64,000 nt of DNA from Isurus oxyrinchus (Eukaryota). The notes below the pieces were generated by a model. The model saw only the letters and a program-made list of their open reading frames with translations, had not been told where the DNA came from and searched no databases. Position 1 is the first letter of the stretch, and every line of letters begins with the position of its first letter. The stretch covers positions 36,084,001 through 36,148,000 of the forward strand of contig JANJGN010000026.1 in the NCBI GenBank assembly GCA_026770705.1, written 5' to 3'. Below, piece by piece: positions 25,401-37,585 of this stretch. The translations under genes and the position numbers were made by a program.

Positions 25401-28070
25401 GTCCTCATGACCCTTCAACAGAACTGAGTGAATATTAGGAGAGAGATGAAATATAAGCTGGTTTAAGGGGGGAAGGGGTGGGGGGAGAGAAGTCGGGGGG
25501 GGTGGTGGTGTTGGTGTGGTTGTAGGGACAAGCAAGCAGTGATAGAAGCAGTTAATCAAAAGGTGTCACAGACAAAAGAACAAAGAGGTGTTGAAGGTGG
25601 TGATATCTAAACAAATGTGCAAATTAAGAATGGATGGCAGGGCACTCAAGGTACAGCTCTAGTGGGGGTGGGGTGGAAAGACTAGCTGGGTATAAAAAAA
25701 TTAAAAATAATGGAAATAAGTGGGAAAAGAAAAATTTATATAAATTATTGGAAAAACAAAAGGAAGGTGGAAGAAACAGAAAGGGGGTGGGGATGGAGGA
25801 GGGAGGTCAAGATCATAAAGTTGTTGAATTCGATATTCAGTCCAGAAGGCTGTAAAGTGCCTAGTCGGAAGATGAGGTGCTGCTCCTCCAGTTCGTGTTG
25901 GGCTTCACTGGAACAATGCAGCAAGCCAAGGACAGACATGTGGGCAAGAGAGCAGGGTGGAGTGTTAAAATGGCAAGCGACAGGGAGGTTTGGGTCATTC
26001 TTGCAGACAGACCGCAGGTTTTCTGCAAAGCGGTCGCCCAGTTTACGTTTGGTCTCTCCAATGTAGAGGAGACCACATTGGGAGCAACGAATGCAGTAGA
26101 CTAAGTTGGGGGAAATGCAAGTGAAATGCTGCTTCACTTGAAAGGAGTGTTTGGGTCCTTGGACGGGGAGGAGAGAGGAAGTGAAGGGGCAGGTGTTGCA
26201 TCTTTTGCATGGGCATGGGGAGGTGCCATTGGTGGGGGCTGAGGAGTAGGGGAGGAGTGGACCAGGGTGTCCCGGAGGGAACAATCCCTACAGAATGCCA
26301 CCGGTTGGGGAGGATGGGGGGGGGGGGGGGGGGGGGGGGGGGGCGGTGGGGTAGGGGTGGTGAAGGGAAGATGTGTTTGATGGTGGCATCATGCTGGAGT
26401 TGGCGGAAATGGCTGTGATATCTTTTGATTATCTGCTCCTATCACTGCTTGCTTGTCCCTAAACCACACCACCGCCTCCCCCCACCACAACTTCTCTCCC
26501 CCTCCCCCAACCCACCCACCCCCCCACCCCCACCTTAAACCAGCTTATATTTCACCCCTTTCCTAATATTCACTCAGTTCTGTTGAAGGGTCATGAGGAC
26601 TCGAAACGTCAACTCTTTTCTTCTCCGCCAATGCTGCCAGACCTGCTGAGTTTTTCCAGGTAATTCTGTTTTTGTTTTGGATTTCCAGCATCCGCAGTTT
26701 TTTTGTTTTCATAACTGAGACAGTGTTCAGTGCAGTGATTACTGATACAGGCTCTAGGTAAATATTAACTGAGACAGGGCCTGGTGCAGTGATTACAGTG
26801 ACAGGGCCTAGTTTAATATAAACTGAGACAGGGCCTGGTGCAGTGTTCACTGATACAGGACATAGATAAATATAACTGGGACAGGGGTTGTTGCAGTGAT
26901 TACTGCTGCAGGGACTAAATAAATACAAACTGAGACTTGGTCGAGTGCAGAGATAACTGAGACAGGGCCAAGATCAATAAAAATTGAGGCAGGGTCTAGT
27001 GCACTGATTAATGATACAGGTCTAGATTAATATAAACTCAGACAGTTTCTAGTGCAGTGATTACTGACACAGGGTATAGATTGATATATACTGAGGCAGG
27101 GCATAATGCAGTGATTCCTGTTTCAGGGTCTTGAGTAATATAAACTGAGGCAGTTTCCAGAGCAGTGATTACTGATACAGGCTCTAAATTAATATAAACT
27201 GAGACAGCGGCTAGTGCAGTGATTACTGATACAGGGACTAGATTAATATGAAGTAAGACAGGCTATCATGCTCGTATTACTGATACAGGTACTATATTAA
27301 CATAAATTGAGCCTGCATCTAATGCAGAGATTACTAATACAGGGTCTAAATCAATATAAATTGAGACACTGCCTTGGACATTGAATACTGATACAAGGTC
27401 TTGATTAATAGAAGCTGAGGCAGGAGCAAGTGTAATGATTACTGATACAGGCTCTAATTTGATATAAACTGAGGCAGAGCATAGTGCAGTGATTACTTAT
27501 ATAGGGTCAAGATAAGTATAAGCTGGGACAGAGTCAAGTGCAATGATTACTGATTAAGGTTATAGATTAATATAACTTGAGATGGGCTCTACTGCTGTGA
27601 TCACTGATTCCGGCTCTTGATTAATATAAACTAAGAAAGGCTCTACTGCAGTGATTACTGTTTCAGGGTCTAAACTAATAGAAACTGAGACAGGGTTTGT
27701 GTAGTGATTACTGAAGATTAATATAAACTCAGGCAGGGTCTAGTGCAGTGATTCAGCATCTAGATTACTAAAAACTGAGACTGGATCCAGTGCAGTGTTT
27801 ACTGATACAGCGTCTAGATTTATATAATTTGAGGCAGGGTCTAGCGCAGAGAAGACAGATACAGGGTCTGGATTATTATAGACTGAAACAGGGTCTGGTG
27901 CAGTGATTACTGACATAGCGTCTAGATTAATACAAACTGAGACAGGGTCTACTGCAGTGATTACTGACACAGTGTCTAAATTAATATAAACTGAGACAGT
28001 GTCTAGTGCAGTGATTCCTGAATTCTGTTCTGGACGAATATAAACTGAGACAGGGCCAAGTGCAATAATT
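19420..28070 (+). repeat. ~8.6-kb satellite array, 54-bp unit made of two 27-bp subunits
   Basis: Consensus ACAGGGTCTAGTGCAGTGATTACTGAT-ACAGGGTCTAGATTAATATAAACTGAG. Interrupted by an inverted block (20080-20600) and a Penelope element. An older extension lies at 17690-18125. Confidence 0.95.
25326..26710 (-). mobile_element. Penelope-like element, 5'-truncated, with inverted terminal duplication
   Basis: ORF 26284-25745: CKRCNTC...FTCISPNLVYCIRCSQCGLLYIGETKRKLGDRFAENLRSV...VACHFN...LGTLQPSGLN (GIY-YIG). Ends 25326-25560 and 26420-26675 are inverted copies of each other. Confidence 0.9.
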
Positions 28071-29319
28071 ACTTCATCATTGACGCCCGTATCCCAAGAA
28101 CAAATTAAAACGCTGCAAAATACTGCGGATTCTGGAAAACTAAAGCAAGACAAAAAAAATAACACTCAGCAGGTCAGTGGGCATCAATAGAGAGAGAAAA
28201 AGATCAAACTTGCAGGTCGATGACAGATGCAAAATCTCCCTTGGTATTACTCTGTAGAGCAGGACTGATCTTCCCACTATCCTTCACCAATATTCATTCT
28301 TCAACTAAAATCACATATTGTCTAGTCATCTTTCACAGCTTCATTCATGGGATCTTGCTGTGCACAAATCACCGGATGGATTTCCAATATCACAGCAGTG
28401 ACGAAACTTCAACAAAACTACGAGTTTTAAGGATTTTAGGGTTTCATCAGGTCATAATCAACATTCTTTCAATGCAAACTCTTTCTAAGTGTTAGCATTT
28501 TAAAATGCTAGTTGTGATACGTTGAAAACTGTGAGACTAATATAATAATAGGTCGCTCCTCTGGCTGCTGTTTTAAACTGTCCGGTTTAAATGGGTTAAG
28601 TCTTCCAATAAATTGACATTCAGTGGAATTCTAGCCTGTTCAAAGATTCTTCGTTGATTGTGATAGGACAATTTTCAGAACTGAATTATTAATTTAAATG
28701 TAATTTTAATTGTTTGAAATAAATAACATCTGTTCTAATGGATCTTGAAGTGGTTTCTATTAATTTTGTACCAACTGTCAATATTCTTAAAATAAACCCT
28801 TGTTTTGAGTTGGAACCAATCAATAAGTGTCTGTGTTTATCTGGTTTTGCTGCCATGAACACTTCATTGAAATCAGTCAGGCGTTTATGTAAATAAACAC
28901 AGAAATAGAAGTCCCAGATTAGATTCTGGAGACACAAAAACACAGCAAATATTTCCCCATCAACAAAGCACAGAAATGGAGTCAAACATGCAAATACATC
29001 AACAGATTCCAGTAGCAATTGTTTTTTGGACATTTTTAAAATCAGTTATGTGAGAATTATGTCACGATGATATCTATGTTGAGAATTAAGAAAGATTCCC
29101 ACTTATCATGAAATATAATGTCACGGCAAATGTGTTTGTACAGATTTCCTGTATCCTCTGTCTCTCCCTCTGTCTCTTTCTCCTCTCTGGTTCTGTGTCT
29201 TGTCTCTCCACCATGGGTCATTGTCTTCACTCCACAACATGAAGTGAATGTCTAGCCAATGTATTCTCCCAGCACGATTCAGACACTTCAAACTAAATGG
29301 ATCTAATGAAATGGATTGG

Positions 29320-30335
29320 AATCCGTGGAGGGAACTTTACTCTAAATCAGTTTTGAGTCTTCAATGACCTGGGAGTGCTTGATGGGAAACTGCAAATGAA
29401 AATTTACTCTGCGCCTAACCTGTGTTGTAGCCAGTAGCGAGGATTTGATGTGGCCGTGCCAAAGGATCTTTCCTTGTATCTAACCCGTGCTGTCCCTGCC
29501 TTTGCAGCGTCTGATGGGGCAGTGAGGAGGGAACTTAATTTTGCACTGTACCTGCACTGTACCTGTCCTAGGAGTATTTGATACGACTGTGTAGAGGGAG
29601 ATTTACTCTGTATCTAAACTGTGCTATACCTGACCTGGGAGTAATTGATAGGGCAGTTTAGAGGGAGCTTTACTCTGCATCTAAACTATGCTGTATTTGA
29701 CATGCCTGTGTTTGATGAGACAGTGTAGTCGGAAATTTGCCCCATATCTAAGCCCTGGGAATGCCTGATGTGACGGTGCATAGGCAGCTTTCCTCTTTCC
29801 CTGCCCCCAGTGTCGAGCTGCCTGGGAAATGTCTGATGGAACAGTGCAGAGGAAACTTTACACTGTTTAGTACCCTTACCCTATACACCTTGACTGTGTT
29901 TGAGCGGACAATGTAGAGGAAGTTTTACCCTGTATCTAAACTATGCTGTACCTGTCCTGGGAATGTTTGATGGCGACAGTGTAGAGGGAGTTTTACTCTG
30001 AATCTAACCCGTGCTATACCTGACTTGGAAGTTTTTCATCTGACGACATAGAGGGAGCTTTACATCATTAATCTTGCCCCATGCTACACCTGCAGCTGTT
30101 TGATGGAGCCGTGGGCCTTGTCTCTGCATTACACTAGGTCATGTCTTACCGTATCTAAACCGCCCTGTACCTGCCCTGGGAGTGTTTCATGGTGAGAGTT
30201 TCGAGGGAGTTTCACTCACTTTGACACGTGCTGTACCTTCCCTGGGAGTGTTCAATATGGCAATGTAGAGGGAACTTTAAATTTTGTGCCTGGCCCCATG
30301 CTGTACCTATCCTGGGAGTGCTTGATGGGACAGTA
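29320..30335 (+). repeat. ~65-bp tandem repeat
   Basis: Units like ctgtacctgccctgggagtgtttgatgggacagtgtagagggagctttactctgtatctaacccgtg. Single copies also at ~44390-44515 and 45125-45200. Confidence 0.85.
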
Positions 30336-30339
30336 GACC

Positions 30340-31170
30340 TGGTCTCGATATTGCATTCGACCGTGGCCCTGTCCCTGTTTATATTAATCAGGCCGGACCC
30401 TGTCTCTGTTTATATTACACTAGAACCTGTCTCTGTATTACACTAGGCCCTGTCCCTGTTTATATTACACTCGACATGTCTCTGTTTACATTATACTCGA
30501 CATGTTTCTGTTTATATTGCAACAGACACTGTCTCTGTTTGCATTACACTCTGCCTTGTCCCTGTTTATATGACATTCAACATGTCCCTGTTTATATTAT
30601 ACTCGATATGCCTCTGTTTATCTTGCACTAGACGGTGCCTCAGTTCAGATTGCACTAGGCCCTGTTCCAGTTTATATTACACTCAACATGTCTTTGTTCA
30701 CACTGTACTAGACCCTGTTTCTGTTTATATTACATTAGACCCTGTGTCTGTTTGAATTACACTTGGCACGTCTCTGTTTATATTACACTCGACTTGTCTC
30801 TGTACTATTTTTGCACTCGATGCTGTCTTTGTTGATTTGAACTATGCCCTGTCCCTGTTTACATTAAACTGGACCCTGTATGTAATTGGACCCAGTCTCT
30901 GTTTGTAATACACTAGACCCTATTTCTGTTTATCTGACACTAGACCCTGTCTCTAATTATATTACACTGGACCCCGTTTCTGTTTATAATACTCTCGACC
31001 CTGCCTTTGCTTCCATTAAACAAGGCTCTGTCTCTGTTCTTATTATACATGACATGTCTCTTTATATATTGATCTAGAACTGTCTCTGTATTTCAGCAGA
31101 CGCTGTCTAAATTCTGTGCTAGATCATGTCTGTATTTAAATTACATTAGGCCCTGCCTCAGTTGGTCTTA
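30340..31170 (-). repeat. 27-bp satellite subunit array, reverse orientation
   Basis: ccctgtctctgtttatattacactaga units. Opposite-orientation copies follow at 31390-31680, 32990-33150 and 33940-34065. Confidence 0.8.
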
Positions 31171-31689
31171 CACTGAACAAGTGCAATAACGTGGAAATTA
31201 GCTGGGGTGGAAACAGTGAAGATAATACAGCAAGATGGTGGGAACAGTAAGGATGCAAAAATTCTTTTGGGAACAATTATCTTGGGTGCTTATTTAGATG
31301 TCGTGACTTGCCCTCCCTGCATCCCAGATTTGTGTTCATAAACTGCAGATCTCTCTTACCTTGCAGCTGTTTAAATTTAACTCCTATTTCTCGGGTCTAG
31401 TGCAATAAAGTAAGGGGATATAGTAATGTAATATAAAGAGAGGACAATTACATAAGTAACTGAGACAGGATCTCATGTTACAGAAACAGAAGCATGGACT
31501 AAAGCAGTAACAATATGACAGGCCTAGTGTAGTATGAACAGAGACACGGTGGAGTGCAGCAATAACCGAGACAGGGTCCAGTGTTACAGTAACAGAAACA
31601 TGGACTACAGCAGTGATAATGTGGCTGGCCCAGTGTAATATAAACAGAGACAAGGTGGAGTGCAGCAATATTGATAACAGATGTCCTGA

Positions 31690-32570
31690 AGTCCCACAGA
31701 ACCAGATACGATATGCATGGAGATACCTCCTGGTGATTACCCTCCCTCAGCTGATGAATCTGTACTCCTTCATCTTTTGCACTACTTGAAAGAAACACTG
31801 AGGGTAGCAAGGGCAATGAATGTGCCGTGAATTTGCAAAATCAATTACCATTTGACAAGACCACTAATGACTGAGCTGCAGGGTCCTGAACGACATATCT
31901 GCCAGACTGGACCTGCCACAGATGGTGATAGAGCCAACACGATAGAGAACCCTATCCCATCTCGGGCCGATCACACTATTGATATAGGTGTGATTGACCC
32001 CTGCACTGTCCTTGTTTAAACCAAGGCTGGTATTCACACTGGGCACATTCTCTATTGTGTTGTGCTGCACTGCCGCCATGCTAAACATGATACATTCAGA
32101 ACAGATCTAGCATCTCAAAACTTGGCATCAACGAGATGCTGTTGGCCATCAGCAGCAGAATAATTGCATTAAGTCCCAACCTGTGATCTCATGGTGAATA
32201 ACTTACCTCCGGGCTCCCCGAAGCCTTTCCACCATCTGCAAATCTGCAAGTCAGATGGCTGTTGGAAGTTGTTTACTTTCCTGGATGAATGTAACTGCAG
32301 CAACACTCAAGAATCTCCACGCCAACCAGGGGAAATCAACCCCTTGGTAGGCACCTGATCCAGGAGTTAAACATTCATTCCCTTCACCAACGTTACACAG
32401 TGGCTGCAGTGTGAACCATCCACAAGATGCACTGCAGTAACTCGCCAAGGCCTCTTCAACAGCAAATTCCATGCCTGTGACCTCCACCTCCCAGAATAAC
32501 AAGGGCAACAAGCACATGGGAACGCAATGCCCTGAATCCTCCTGCGCATAGTACTCAAGAGTCTTGGGCA
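31690..32570 (+). mobile_element. Fragments of the same LINE family as 6365-8810
   Basis: Shares cctccctcagctgatgaatc, acagatctagca.ctcaa and gcagtgtg.accatc.acaagatgca with 6365-8810. Internally deleted. Confidence 0.75.
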
Positions 32571-33204
32571 CTGGCAATAGAGAAGCGATATCTGAAATCT
32601 AATTCTGCTGACTGCGCTGAAAATGAATACCAAGTGCTGCGTAGCATATGCAGCTGATCCGTTACCGCCTGTTTCAGGCTATTGCCATATACCGATTTCT
32701 AGCCTAACATCTATATTTATAATATTATCTTTCATCTCACAAAAACATGGAGTAACACGGCCATAATTTAAACAGAGGCATAGATTAAAGCAAAACACTG
32801 CGGATGCTGGAAATCTAAATAAAAACAGAAAATGCGGACAAACTCAGCAGGCCTGACAGCATCTGTGGAGAGAGAAACAGAGTTAATGTTCCGAGTCCAT
32901 GTGATTCTTCTTCAGAGACATAGTCTAGTGCCCTAGTTAAAATGATTAGGTATGGACAATATAGTCATAGTCAAGATCTAATATAATATGAAAAGAGACA
33001 GGGCCTCGTTTAATATAAACAGAGACAGGGTTTAATGTAATATAAATAGAAACAGGGTCCAGTGCATTACAAACTGAGATGGCTTCTAGTGGAACGTTAT
33101 CGAGATGGAGTCTATTTTAATACAAACAGAGGCCTGATCCAGCACAGTAGAAATAACGTAATTCCCAGGAAATTAATAACAGAACCAGAATCCTGTATAA
33201 CATG

Positions 33205-33770
33205 GAAGGGGCGATCGTGCAGTGGGAGCGTCACTGGATTAGTAACCCAGAGATCCAGGCCTTTTCCCTGGGGATAGGGGCTTGAATCCCATTATGGCAG
33301 CATGTGGAATGCAAATTCAATTAATAAATCTGGAATTGAAAGCTCGTCTTAATAAGGGAGACCATGAAACTATAATCGATTATATTAAACATCCATCTAG
33401 TTCACAGGTACCCTTTAGGGAAGAAAATCTGCCGTCCTTACCCAGTCTAGACCATATTTATTTTCTTCACTCATGGGAATGTGGGCGGCACTGGCTAGGC
33501 CAGCATTTATTGCCCATCCCTAATTGCCCTTGAGAACAGTGTGGCTTGTTAGGCTATTTAAGAGTCAACTACATTGCTGTGGGTCTGGAGTCACATGCAG
33601 TCCAGACCAGGTGGCATTAGTGTGAACCAGATGAGTTTTTACGACAATGTTTCATGGTCATCGTCAGATATTTGAATTCAAATTTCAGCATCTGCCGTGG
33701 TGGGATTCAAACACAGACCCCAAGCAAATTACTGGCCCAGTGAGAATACAACTACACCACAGCTTCCCAT
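33205..33770. mobile_element. Two SINE fragments in opposite orientations
   Basis: tRNA-like head (gtcactggattagtaacccagaga...ttgaatccca), followed by the inverted tail tgtgggcggcactggctaggccagcatttattgcccatccctaattgccc. Confidence 0.7.
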
Positions 33771-34689
33771 ACATATAACTCCAGACCGACAATTTTGTGA
33801 GGTCCCATTCTCGGGTTATTTGTTTAATTGCCCACCACCATTAACGACTGGATGTGACAGGACTGCAGAGGTAAAATCCAATCCGTTGGATGTGGGATCT
33901 CCAAGAATATGTGATATGAATATTGGTATTGACTGGTGCAGTATTAATTGAAACGGCGTACAGTGAAATATAAACAGAGACAGTGTTTGGTCTAACATAA
34001 AAATAGATGGAGTCCAAATTAACAAGACAGAGACAGGGTCCAGTGCAGTGTTAATTGAGACAATGCCTGCTTTATGGAATGTATCCTTCAAGATTTCAAA
34101 TCCATCTGCTGGCCAAACTTTGCAATTGCAGCTCCTGTGAAAATGTCGCTGTCAGGTTAGACCTTTGACATTATTGTATCAAGAATCCACTTCCCCAGAT
34201 GTAGTACCACATCACCTTCTGCGGGAGGTGTCAAAATTTAACACAATTCAACTAATTGCAGATGAACGTGGTTGATTAGCGCACGTTAAAGTCAGCACCA
34301 GAGTAAAGTGGCCCAATTCCTGGTGATGTAACTTTTTTCATCTTGATTAAAGGGAGGGATGTTGACCAGGGCGCTGTACAGAGACGGCGGGAATTTTAAT
34401 ATCCACCTCAACAAACATGATGCTGGGGAGAGCTTATTGGTTCATGATACCACCTGAAAGTCAGTTAGGGTCATTTTCTTCAATAGTTCAGAGATACGGA
34501 GCCTCCCAAAAAGTCAAGGTGGGATCTTAAGTTGAAGCACAAGATGCCATTTTGGTCTCAGTGTGTGTGTGAGTGTGTGTGTGTGTGTGAGGTAAAGAGA
34601 GAGGAGAGGGAGAAGCAGATCATATTGTTTGCAACTGAATTTCACGAAGATCCTGGAAAAACTTCCATCCATGAAAGGTCACAGACAGA

Positions 34690-36190
34690 CAATGGAAACA
34701 AACCATTTCAGATGTGCTGATGGCCAAGGAGGCCAATTGTTGTGAGGCAGGTTCTGCTGGAAGTGCTGCACATGAATGTACAAAATGTCGTTGTGGCTTG
34801 TTTTTTTTCCAGCGATGGCTTCTATTGCCAAACTGCTGTGGCCACTTGTCATCATGATGGTTCACGCCAACCCACAGGAGGTGTTGCCATTTTCCTCAGT
34901 CGTGTGTTAGTTAGACAGTTGTGATAATCGATATTCAGGGCCTTCACTTCAAGCATCCTTGAAGCAGAGCTTTGGGCATCCCACTGGTTGTCTGGCTCCG
35001 GCTCCCTCTCCTTACAGAAAGTCCTTGTGCATGTGAACATGATCCACCCTGCAGACGTTCCCAAACCACCAGCACCTCCTCTGTTTCATGAGCTCTTTAG
35101 TCTTAGGAGATCTGCCTTTGAGTGTACCACTGCATTCATGACTTTATCCTGCCAGTGCATACCCATAATATGCATCAGGCAACAAACATGGAAATTGTGG
35201 AGCTTCTTTTCTTGATAACTGTAAGTCGTCCATATTTCACAACCATACAGCAAGGTGCTGAGATCACAAGCCTTATAAACCATCATTTTGGCCCTAAGGG
35301 TCAGTTTGATGTTATTCCAGGGGCGTTTCATGAATCAGCCAAAGCTGGCAGCTGCTTTCCCCATGCAGGTATCAAGTTCTGAAGCAAGGAACAAGCTGCC
35401 TGTCACCGTGGAACCCAGGGAGTGGAATTTACTTCCATCCGGGTGTTATTTAGTGTGATCAACGGCGGAAATGCAACACCTTGTCCCATGACCAGGGTTT
35501 CCTTCATGTTTATAGTCAGGGAGAACAAGTTACAGACATGGGAGAGTCAGTTCATCAGTCTTTGTGGATGAGTTTCCGGTTTGATGACAAAGTTATCAGC
35601 TTCGAGCAATTCTTTGATCAGGATTCAATGTGGTTTTTGTCTTCACTATCTGTCTTCTAGATTATGGGGCTTGCGGTCTGACCGAGTGTAACAGTAGACT
35701 CCTTCCATATCTACAGTGAAGGCAAAGATCAGAAGCATGGGGAAGAAGATGTCAAACAGAGTGGGACTAGGAGACATGGCCTGATTCACTCCGAATCTGT
35801 CGGAAGTGGAATCATTAATCTGTACAGTGCAATGCATGTTGTCATGCAAGGAGTGAATCGGACTGAGGAGCTTTGGTGGGCAGCCAATTTTCCCCAAAAT
35901 CTTGCACAGTCCTGTTCTGCTGACGGTGTCGAGCATATGGATCAGATCATGTCCAGAGTATACTTTCTGACACCAACACCACACTGTGCTTCGGCCTTCA
36001 AGTCGACGAAGTCTTTAAAGTATGACCCGAGCAAAGGCCTTCCCCAAGACTCTATGAGTGAGATATTCCTGTAGTTGTTGCAGTCTCACCTGTCAGCTTT
36101 GTTTTCAAATAGTGCCATGATTATTATGTTACTCATCTCCTGCAGAACGGATCTTATCTGTTAGCAGAGGAGGATAAGGTCGTGAAGGCT
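34690..36190 (-). mobile_element. RTE-clade LINE remnant
   Basis: DTVSRTGLCKILGKIGCPPKLL, AMSPSPTLFDIFF, LTLRAKMMVYKACDLSTLLYGCEIWTTY...KLHNFHVCCL. Confidence 0.85.
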
Positions 36191-36200
36191 GAGAAATATA

Positions 36201-36380
36201 CATAATTATATGTACCAATCATTATCAATTCACAAAGATAAATAATTATATTCACCAACTGGCATCAATTCATGAAGATAAATAATTATATTCCCCAATT
36301 ACCATCCATTCACAAAGGCAAATAATTATATTCATCAATTATCATCCATTCACAAAGATAAATAATTGCATTAACCAATT
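36201..36380. repeat. 40-bp AT-rich minisatellite, ~4.5 copies
   Basis: aataattatattcaccaattatcatccattcacaaagata units. Confidence 0.85.
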
Positions 36381-37199
36381 ATTTTCAGTATTTTATTACA
36401 TATAAAATGTAATTGCGGTTCATGTAATATCATTAACATTGATTGAGATCACGTTGACCATTCTGTCAGTAAGGAATCACATCTGTCCCAGAATTCAGTG
36501 GGAAATGAAATTAAATCAGACCGAGGATAATGAGCAGCTACCCAGCAGCATCACCTCATCATCACACAGAAACTCCTGATATGTAACTGGAGTGTGTGAA
36601 GATTTGTAAAGTGATGGTATGAATAAAGCTATCTGGACTTGATATTAGTTTATAAATATTTAGATCCAGATTTGTTATTTCCCTCGTCTGGAAGTTAATG
36701 AAATATTTGCGGCCCTCCATTGAGTTTCACACTATTTCTGTTCCCACAATAATAATGTTTAGTCTGTAACCTTCATTTATTTGGGTGAGGACAAGTTGAA
36801 TGTTTTGTTGTACATGAAAGGACCACAGTTTCCAAGTATTACAATCTTCCACCCTAATCCGAATTAGGTGCCCGCTTTCTGTCTTAAAGATGATTATTCA
36901 CCATCAGCAGGGGAGAATCAACAGTAGCGCAGGGACATTTCCAGCCTTCTCTTGGTGACGTTCAGCTCGTTAGTTCCCGATAGCCAGGGGATGGAATTCA
37001 TCCAGAAAATCTGGAAGGAGTGAAGATATTAGACTGACACAAATGAAATACGGGACCAGTTTCAAGATATGATGTGGTCAAGCACAAAGATGAAAATGGA
37101 GAACATCTTTCAGGCGCATCTATGCATCGATCAATGCATTCACTGATTCCTTGATCAAAATATTCATTCCTGCATCACTGCAGTCATCCCTCTTTTCTT

Positions 37200-37585
37200 T
37201 GGCAGACGGTGGTGTTGTATTAATGTCACTGGGCTAGTAACCCAGAGACCCAAGCTATTCACCTGGGGACACGAATTCAAATCCCACCATGGCAGCTGGT
37301 GAAATTTAAATTAAATTAGAAAGCTGGGATTGAAAACTGGTCCCATTGAAGAGAACCATGAAACTATGATCTATTGTGGAAAAAGGTCACCTGATTCACT
37401 AATGTCCTTTAGGAAAGGAAATCTGCCACTGTACCTAATCTGGCCTACATGCTACTCCAGATCCACAGCAACATGGTGGACGCTTTCTGCCCCCTGAAAT
37501 AGCCTCACAAGACACTCAGCTCAAGAGCAGTTAGGGAAAGGCAACAAATGCTGGCCTTGCCAGTGACTCTCACATCCCGTGAAAG
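37200..37585 (+). mobile_element. Full-length tRNA-derived SINE
   Basis: Box A/B-like head (ggtggtgttgtattaatgtcactgg...gaattcaaatcccacc). 3' tail ggcaacaaatgctggccttgccagtgactctcacatcc is shared with LINE 3' ends in this window. Confidence 0.75.

Noticed and set aside
19420-28070. CRISPR-like regular repeats
   Set aside because: Head-to-tail units without unique spacers, in a vertebrate genome with no cas genes.
19518-28165. Many - strand ORFs with PVSVITALDPVSVYINLD repeats
   Set aside because: Translation of the 54-bp satellite (unit divisible by 3). Frequent stops and frameshifts, no exon structure.
37200-37290. tRNA gene
   Set aside because: SINE head. No complete cloverleaf, and it continues into the SINE body.
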